The notes under the pieces are model-generated. The model did no database searches. It had not been told where the DNA came from and saw nothing but the letters and a program-made list of their open reading frames with translations. The position numbers and the translations under genes were made by a program. This document shows positions 57,940 through 64,000 of a stretch of DNA of 64,000 nucleotides, piece after piece. Source of the stretch: Deltaproteobacteria bacterium (lineage in GTDB: Bacteria; Myxococcota; Kuafuiibacteriia; Kuafuiibacteriales; Kuafuiibacteriaceae); assembly GCA_040218735.1 (NCBI GenBank), contig JAVJQW010000019.1, forward strand, positions 96,001-160,000. The letters run 5' to 3'. How positions within the stretch are numbered: the stretch's first letter is position 1; every line of letters starts with the position of its first letter.

Positions 57940-59808
57940 CTACTCGGGATCGCAGGCGCCTTCGCAGGGGTGGGCGAGCGTCCCCCCTTCGCGCAGGAAC
58001 GCGTCGAGCTGCGCGATCGACGCCGGCAACCGACGCACCCCCTCGTGCACCTCGTTCTTGCTGGGCGCCGCCTTCGGCGTCCGCATGAACGACCGGTCCG
58101 CGCCGAAGTCGAAGACCGTCAGCGCCGCGTCCCCGTCCGTGAAGGGCTCGAGCCCGAACACCTCGACCGACGTCGGGCTCGTGACCTGCGCACCGACCTG
58201 CCGCGCGTGGAAGTAACCTGTCACGTCGGGCACCGAGGTGTCCGCGACGCCCAGCTGCATCAGCACCTTCCGGTCCGCCACCGTCCCGGGGAGCGGCGAG
58301 CGCACCAAGTACGGGGCGTACGTCGCCGGGTCCACGACGTCGAGGCGCCGCTGCATCGTCGCGACGTACTTCAACCGCTCCAACGGATCCGTGATCGCCA
58401 ACGCCATCAACTCCAGGAACGGCTCGAACGGCTTCGACCGCGCCATCATGTGCACCAACCCCGACCCACCGACCGTGAGCGCGATGCGATCGATGTCCGG
58501 GTTCACCGCCGTCATGACCCCGCCGAGGATGTGCCCCTGACTGATCCCCAGGAACGACAGCTGCGAGGCGTCGAACACCGGGGTCCCGTCCGCGCGCTGG
58601 AGCTCGGGCGCCGCGCGCATCGGCCCGCGGATGGCCGCCGTGAACGCGATCCAGTTGAGCATCCCCTGGTGCACCCGGTCGGTGAAGTGCGTCGCCCGGT
58701 AGGGCTCGCCCACCAACACGTCGACGATCTCGGTGACGTCACGCATCGACATCCCTTGCCAGTCGATCGCGAAGACGACCGCGCCCATCGCATCGGCGAT
58801 CTCCTGCGGCGGTGTCTGCAGCGCCTCGGTGCGCTGACCGAAGAAGCCGTGCCCGTAGCAGAGTGTTCGACCCGGCGTCGTCGCGTCGCGCACCGACTTC
58901 GGAATCATCACCACGAACGGCACCTCCGTCGTACCGTCGATCCGCAAGTCGCCGTTTGCGTCGCGCAGCAGGGTCGCGCCGCGGTCGGGGATGTCGACGA
59001 ACATCGGCACCGTGATCGTCCCGTGCACCTCGCGCCAGATGAGCACCTTGCCCGGGTCCGGCGGCTCCTCGATCACCTCCTCGATCGTCACCGCGGGCGG
59101 CGTCGCCGCGACCGCCTCGCGCATCAGCTCACGCCCCGAGAGCAAGTCACGTTGCACGGCCTCGTCGCGGCCGGTCGTGAAGTCCCACGCCGCCTGGACG
59201 CGCGAACGATCGATTCCCGCGGCGTCGACGACCGCGAGCACGTCGTCCTCGTAGCGTTCGAGGCCCGCGACCTCCTCCCCGTCACGAACGCGCGCGAAGC
59301 CCGCGAGCGGCGGGACGTCGAGGCCCGCCACCACGACGACGTACCGCGTGGCCTCGTCGAGCGCGACCAGCGGGTGCAAGACCAACGCGTTGCGCTCGCC
59401 GTCGAGCGGGTCCACGTCGGCGTAGTGCGGGACGGCGGCCCCGGAGGCCGCGTCGAGGATCAACGTCGCGCTCGTCGCGGGCGCCATACTGAGTACGGGG
59501 TCGTCGTCGATGCCGACCAGCGACGCGGCGTCGACGGGCTCCGCGAACGTGACGACGATCAGCGGCTGCCGGGAGAAGCCGTCGATCGGCGCGCTCTCGC
59601 CGAGGTCGGCGCTCGTGCCGTCGTCCGCGACGAGGCGCGCAGCGCCGCGCATGACGACGCCGTCGTCGGCGCGAAAGAAGTCGGACGGGTACGGGAGCAC
59701 GCAGTCGACGCCGGCCGCGAGGGGCTGACAGCCATCGCGAACCTCGAGCGGCTCGTTGCCCGAGCACGCCACCGCGATGAGGAACGAACCGAACGCGACA
59801 CGCCGCAC
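57940..59808 (-). CDS. Alpha/beta-hydrolase lipoprotein
   Basis: AVAC lipobox; LPYPSD; YGHGFFG; GISQGHILG nucleophile elbow; HEGVRR. Confidence 0.8.
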   Translation of the reverse strand: MRRVAFGSFLIAVACSGNEPLEVRDGCQPLAAGVDCVLPYPSDFFRADDGVVMRGAARLVADDGTSADLGESAPIDGFSRQPLIVVTFAEPVDAASLVGIDDDPVLSMAPATSATLILDAASGAAVPHYADVDPLDGERNALVLHPLVALDEATRYVVVVAGLDVPPLAGFARVRDGEEVAGLERYEDDVLAVVDAAGIDRSRVQAAWDFTTGRDEAVQRDLLSGRELMREAVAATPPAVTIEEVIEEPPDPGKVLIWREVHGTITVPMFVDIPDRGATLLRDANGDLRIDGTTEVPFVVMIPKSVRDATTPGRTLCYGHGFFGQRTEALQTPPQEIADAMGAVVFAIDWQGMSMRDVTEIVDVLVGEPYRATHFTDRVHQGMLNWIAFTAAIRGPMRAAPELQRADGTPVFDASQLSFLGISQGHILGGVMTAVNPDIDRIALTVGGSGLVHMMARSKPFEPFLELMALAITDPLERLKYVATMQRRLDVVDPATYAPYLVRSPLPGTVADRKVLMQLGVADTSVPDVTGYFHARQVGAQVTSPTSVEVFGLEPFTDGDAALTVFDFGADRSFMRTPKAAPSKNEVHEGVRRLPASIAQLDAFLREGGTLAHPCEGACDPE

Positions 59809-59980
59809 GCGACGAGGATCACGAATGCACCCACCCGCGCACCATCCGACGTCTGCGCGCGATCACGAGTTTTCAGAACGCATCAGACGTTCGGCAACGC
59901 TTGCTGTTCGTGTTTCGCGAAGAGCGGCAACGCCTGCGGCTCGCGCCGTCGATCGAACGCCGAGAACACACGCGTGGTGT

Positions 59981-59996
59981 TGGTCCACGAGCTGCA
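59981..59996 (+). promoter_or_regulatory. sigma54 -24/-12 promoter
   Basis: TGGTCCACGAGCTGCA upstream of ATG 60010. Confidence 0.5.
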
Positions 59997-60009
59997 ATGC
60001 AACCTGCGC

Positions 60010-61203
60010 ATGAAGAACAACATCACGATCCTCACCCTCCTCCTCACCGCGTGCGCCGCCGAAGTCACACCGACCGCGGACACGTCGGATGAGATTCGCC
60101 TCCCATCGTTCCGCCCCGCGCGCGGACCTCGGCTGCGTTTCCCGATCGCCCGCCGCGACCGCGGCAACATCATCGCCGAAGTCATCTTCGGCATGGACCA
60201 CAAGGACCGCGGCACGCACCGCACCGACTGCTACAACTACGCCGGCCTCCCGTTCCCGCAGTGTTACAACGGCCACGACGGTCACGACTACGCGCTGAAG
60301 GGCGGCTTCCCGATGATGGACCTCAACGCCCCGACGATCGTCGCCGCGGCACCGGGTCGCGTCGTGTCGGTTGTCGATGGCAACTACGATCGCTGCCACG
60401 TCGACAAGAACTTCGAAGTCACCTGCGACGGCTTCGTGAAGGAAGCCAACAAGGTCGTCATCGAACACGCCGGCGGCTGGCGCACGAACTATCTCCACCT
60501 CAAGAAGAACAGCATCGTCGTCGCCGAAGGTGACGTCGTGACCTGCGGACAGAAGCTCGGGGAGATGGGTTCGAGCGGCAACTCATCGATGCCTCACCTC
60601 CACTTCTCCCTCGACGATCCCAACAAACGCAGCGTCGATCCCTACGCCGGCATCATGAGCCAGCCCGAGACCTTCTGGGTTCAGCAGGTCACGCCCGACG
60701 GCCTGCCCGGCGACCTCTACGACGGCCAGTCCATCATCGACCCGCTCCTCGACCCCGAGTGTTACGACGTTGTCGAAGACGCGACCGAGTGCGGCACGAC
60801 GCTCGTCACCAACGCCGAAGCCTGCGGCACGCAGCTCGTGACCTCCACCGCGCAGTGCGGAACCGTGCACGTGACGTCGGCCCAGCAGTGCGGCACCGAG
60901 CTCGTGACCTCCGCGCAGATCTGCGGCACCGAGGTCGTCGAGGACGCCACGGTCTGCGGCACCGAGATGGTCCGCGACGCCGCCCGCTGCGGGACCGAGC
61001 TCGTGAACGACCTGCTCACGTGCATCCAGGCGGGCCTCGCCGGTCAGCTCCCGTGTGAAATGGCCGCGGAGTGCGAGGTCGCGCTGTCCTGCGAGATCGA
61101 CGCGACGTGTGAGATCCCGTCGTCCTGCGACGTGCCCGCCTCGTGTGAGATCCCCGCGACGTGCGCGATCCCCAACAGCTGCGAAGTGTTCGCCTGCGAG
61201 TGA
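60010..61203 (+). CDS. M23 metallopeptidase lipoprotein with Cys-repeat C-terminal tail
   Basis: MKNNITILTLLLTAC; HDGHD, AAAPGRV, YLHL, MGSSGNS..PHLHF. Confidence 0.9.
   Translation: MKNNITILTLLLTACAAEVTPTADTSDEIRLPSFRPARGPRLRFPIARRDRGNIIAEVIFGMDHKDRGTHRTDCYNYAGLPFPQCYNGHDGHDYALKGGFPMMDLNAPTIVAAAPGRVVSVVDGNYDRCHVDKNFEVTCDGFVKEANKVVIEHAGGWRTNYLHLKKNSIVVAEGDVVTCGQKLGEMGSSGNSSMPHLHFSLDDPNKRSVDPYAGIMSQPETFWVQQVTPDGLPGDLYDGQSIIDPLLDPECYDVVEDATECGTTLVTNAEACGTQLVTSTAQCGTVHVTSAQQCGTELVTSAQICGTEVVEDATVCGTEMVRDAARCGTELVNDLLTCIQAGLAGQLPCEMAAECEVALSCEIDATCEIPSSCDVPASCEIPATCAIPNSCEVFACE
60759..61200 (+). repeat. Coding repeats: 7 x 11-aa CGTxxVxxAxx followed by 7 x 6-aa C(E/D)(I/V)Pxx-type units
   Basis: 33-bp and 18-bp periodicity in the 3' end of the M23 gene. 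Confidence 0.85.
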
Positions 61204-61204
61204 C

Positions 61205-64000
61205 TCACTCCAGCATCAGCACGTAGTCGAACGTGTCGCTCGACCGGTAACCCCGCACGCGGATGCGGTAGGTCCCGGCCGGTAGCACCCCCGCCTCGTT
61301 GCGGAAGATCGACGAGCAGAAGTTCGGTCCTCCGCTGTCGTCCGAAGCGAGCTGCGTCCCCATCGGATCGTAGATCTCGAGGATGGTGTCGACGCCGTTG
61401 CACTGGTCGCGCGCCCCGCCGTTCGTGTGCACACCGAGCCGCGAACCGGCGGGGAGCGTCACCGCGAACCAGTCCTCGTCACCCGCCGGCATGATGGCCC
61501 CGCCGACCGTCGCGATGCCCGAAGCCAACGACTGCGCCGCGCTCGACGTCGCGTTCGGCTCCATCTCCATCAGCTCGATCGCGCACGTCGCCGAGCAACC
61601 GTCGCCCGCCGTCGTGTTGCCGTCATCGCAGGTCTCCATCCCGGAGAGGTACATGTCGCCGCAGCCCGGCGTGAGGACGCGAACGTTGAGCTGGTACACC
61701 GCGGTGCTCACGCTCCCGCTCACCTCCAGGTAGTACGTCCCGCCAGAGAGGTTGCGCGCGAGGGTGTCGGCGCCGGGGGCGATGCGCCCGCAGCTATCCG
61801 GGCCGTCCTGGGAGTCACTCACGAGCTGCGTACCCGTGGGGCTCAACAGGCGCAGCGTCGAGTTCACCGGGCACCCGCCGTCGGGCGCCACGACCTCCGC
61901 GAACAGGTGCGAGCCGGCCGGGACGACGACGCTGTAGACGTCGTCGTCACCCGCCGTCGCGAGCGTGCCGAAGATCGTCGCGGACGTCCCGCCGGAGAGC
62001 AGCACGTCGGCCGTGCCGGTGGTCTCGTTCGGCTCGCTCTCGCCGGTGCCTTCGAACGCACACACCGCGGAGCAGCCGTCGCCGGCCATCGTGTTGCCGT
62101 CGTCGCAGGACTCGCCGCCGCTGACGAACCCGTCGCCGCAGACCGGCGCCTGGATCGCGACGTCGAGGATGTAGCTGTTGATCGTCGCGTTGTTTCCGTA
62201 CTCCTCGACGGTCACGTAGTACGTGCCCGCGGCGAGGTTGCGCACGGCGGTGTCCGTCGCGGGGTCGAGCAGCGAGCAGTAGCTCACGCCGTCGTCCGCG
62301 TCGTTCGCGATCTCGGTGGTGCGGTCCGGCGAAAAGACGCGGATGCGGGTGTCGATCGTGCACGTCGAAGGCGCCGAGCTGAGCGTCTCCGCGCGGATCG
62401 AGTGCCCCGCCGGCACGACGACCGCGTACCAGTCGACGTTGCCCGTCGGCATGATGCTCCCGGTGAACGATGCGCCCGTGCCCGAAGCGGTGCCGGCCGT
62501 CTCCCACTGGCAGGTGTCCGAGCAACCGTCGGCCGCGGTGGAGTTGCCGTCGTCGCACTGCTCGCCGGTCTCGACGGTGGAGTTACCGCAGAAGTTGGGG
62601 GTCACGGAGACGTCGAGGACGTAGCTCGACACCACCGTCGTCGCCGAGTAGCCGCGCACGCGGAGGTAGTAGGTGCCGGCGGTCATCATCGCGGCGAACG
62701 TGTCGTTTGCGGGGTTGATGAACGAGCAGTAGCCCTGCCCGCCGTCGTCGTCCGAGCCGATCAGGGTGGTGCCATCGGGAGCGTAGAGCTCGAGGAACGT
62801 GTCGCCGTTGCAGCCGCCCGAGCCGTCGGAGGTCTCGGCGCTGAGGTACGCGCCCTCCGTGACGACGACCGCGTACAGGTCCGTGTCGCCGGCCGGAGAG
62901 ATCGCGCCGTTCTGTGTGCCGCTCGGCGGGTTGAAGGTGCCGTCGACTTCGAGCTGGCACGTCGGCGAGCAACCGTCGCCGGCCGCGGTGTTGTTGTCGT
63001 CGCACAGCTCGCCCACGCCGGCTTCGAGGATGCCGTTGCCGCACATCGTCGGCGTCAGCGCGCCGCGCAGCTCGTAGGCCGCGATGGTGGAGTTCTGACC
63101 GTCCTCCTCGATCGCGATGTAGTAGCGCCCGGGCGCGAGCGCGCGCGCGCCGACGTCGTTGGTCGGGGACACGAGCGAGCAGCTCCCGACGCCGTCGAGG
63201 TCGTCGTTCACGAGCACGGTCGTCCCGTCGGACGCGTAGAGGCGCATCCGGGTGTCGACACCGCAGGAGCCGACGCCGCCCGAGGTCGTCTCGGCCGTGA
63301 CGTTGTAGCGCGCGCCGTTCGGGCCCGCCGGGACGTCGACGATGTAGAAGTCCCGGTCCGACGACGAAGCGATCGCTCCGAGCGCGATGGCCGAGAGGTT
63401 CGTCGAGGAGAGGAACGGTGACGCCTGCGCCGAGGTGTTGTTCGGCTCGATCTCGACCACGCCGGTGGTGAACGAGAAGAAGCCGGTCGGCGCGTTCGCG
63501 GGGAGCGAGGCGACGTTGATGTTCGTGGAGTTGTCCGCCGCCTCGAAGTAGTACTCGAGGCCGGGCGCCTGGACCGCAGCGGCCGGGAGCATCGCGGTGT
63601 ACGCGGGGCTGGAGCCGGAGAGCGCGAGGGTGTTCCACGTGGTCTGCCCGATGGTGCGGTAGCGGATGTCCGCGATGCTGATGCCCGAGCCGTCGACGAT
63701 GTCGACCGAGATGTTGAGCGCGGCGTTGGGGCGCTGACCGTTCACCAAGGGCGTGTGTGAGATCGTCGGGGGCGCGGTGTCGATCATGGAGACCGTGAAC
63801 GTGTACGGCGTCCCCGGCGCGCTCGTCGGGACGAGGCCGGTGTTCGCCGTGGGCGTCGCGGCGTCGGTCGCTTGAATGTAATACTCGACACCCGCGGTCT
63901 GAACGGCGGCGGCGGGGATCTGCGCGACGTGGGTCGTGGCGCCGCTCATCGAGACCGACGTGAACGAACCCGCGCCCTGCGTGCGGTAGAAGAGCGTGAC
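61205..64000 (-). CDS. Large surface protein with myxococcal Cys-rich (DUF4215-like) repeats and PPC/EPN-type beta-sandwich domains (5' end outside the window)
   Basis: CGNG...E.CDDGN..AGDGCS..C repeats; EIEPNNT, ESEPNET; D.D.Y / GTYY PPC motifs; frame open to the window edge. Confidence 0.88.
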   Translation of the reverse strand, partial: VTLFYRTQGAGSFTSVSMSGATTHVAQIPAAAVQTAGVEYYIQATDAATPTANTGLVPTSAPGTPYTFTVSMIDTAPPTISHTPLVNGQRPNAALNISVDIVDGSGISIADIRYRTIGQTTWNTLALSGSSPAYTAMLPAAAVQAPGLEYYFEAADNSTNINVASLPANAPTGFFSFTTGVVEIEPNNTSAQASPFLSSTNLSAIALGAIASSSDRDFYIVDVPAGPNGARYNVTAETTSGGVGSCGVDTRMRLYASDGTTVLVNDDLDGVGSCSLVSPTNDVGARALAPGRYYIAIEEDGQNSTIAAYELRGALTPTMCGNGILEAGVGELCDDNNTAAGDGCSPTCQLEVDGTFNPPSGTQNGAISPAGDTDLYAVVVTEGAYLSAETSDGSGGCNGDTFLELYAPDGTTLIGSDDDGGQGYCSFINPANDTFAAMMTAGTYYLRVRGYSATTVVSSYVLDVSVTPNFCGNSTVETGEQCDDGNSTAADGCSDTCQWETAGTASGTGASFTGSIMPTGNVDWYAVVVPAGHSIRAETLSSAPSTCTIDTRIRVFSPDRTTEIANDADDGVSYCSLLDPATDTAVRNLAAGTYYVTVEEYGNNATINSYILDVAIQAPVCGDGFVSGGESCDDGNTMAGDGCSAVCAFEGTGESEPNETTGTADVLLSGGTSATIFGTLATAGDDDVYSVVVPAGSHLFAEVVAPDGGCPVNSTLRLLSPTGTQLVSDSQDGPDSCGRIAPGADTLARNLSGGTYYLEVSGSVSTAVYQLNVRVLTPGCGDMYLSGMETCDDGNTTAGDGCSATCAIELMEMEPNATSSAAQSLASGIATVGGAIMPAGDEDWFAVTLPAGSRLGVHTNGGARDQCNGVDTILEIYDPMGTQLASDDSGGPNFCSSIFRNEAGVLPAGTYRIRVRGYRSSDTFDYVLMLE

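Overview
This is a high-GC chromosomal window, most likely from a Myxococcota/deltaproteobacterium. The indicators are MYXO-CTERM-like sorting tails, myxobacterial Cys-rich repeats, a DUF1592/DUF1552 pair, eukaryote-like Ser/Thr kinases and many sigma54-type promoters. Most genes encode lipoproteins, surface proteins, signalling proteins or metabolic enzymes (tal-pgi fusion, glycerate kinase, Fe-ADH, a two-component pair). Six observations stand out. (1) Two ORFs annotated separately (3297-4226 and 4251-4538, minus) are in frame across one TGA in a Cys-Sec motif followed by a SECIS-like hairpin, which suggests an unannotated SelN-like lipo-selenoprotein. (2) A stand-alone type III secretion module at 50024-56560 has sctV, an SctX/SctY-like pair and tip/translocon-like helical proteins, but no basal body, ATPase or sctRSTU nearby. 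(3) Its three sigma54 promoters share a helically phased CG(A/G)ACGAA repeat array with a distant lipoprotein operon at 12.6 kb, suggesting a regulon. (4) A guanidine-III riboswitch precedes gdx/sugE. (5) A low-GC, solitary DUF4062-STAND NTPase-TPR (NLR-like) gene is a defence candidate. (6) A surface protein has an internal MYXO-CTERM plus second lipobox, then an FGE/C-type-lectin domain whose 3' end is reiterated as a 57-bp tandem array. No rRNA, tRNA, CRISPR array or transposase was recognised. All family assignments come from motif recognition by eye, not database searches.
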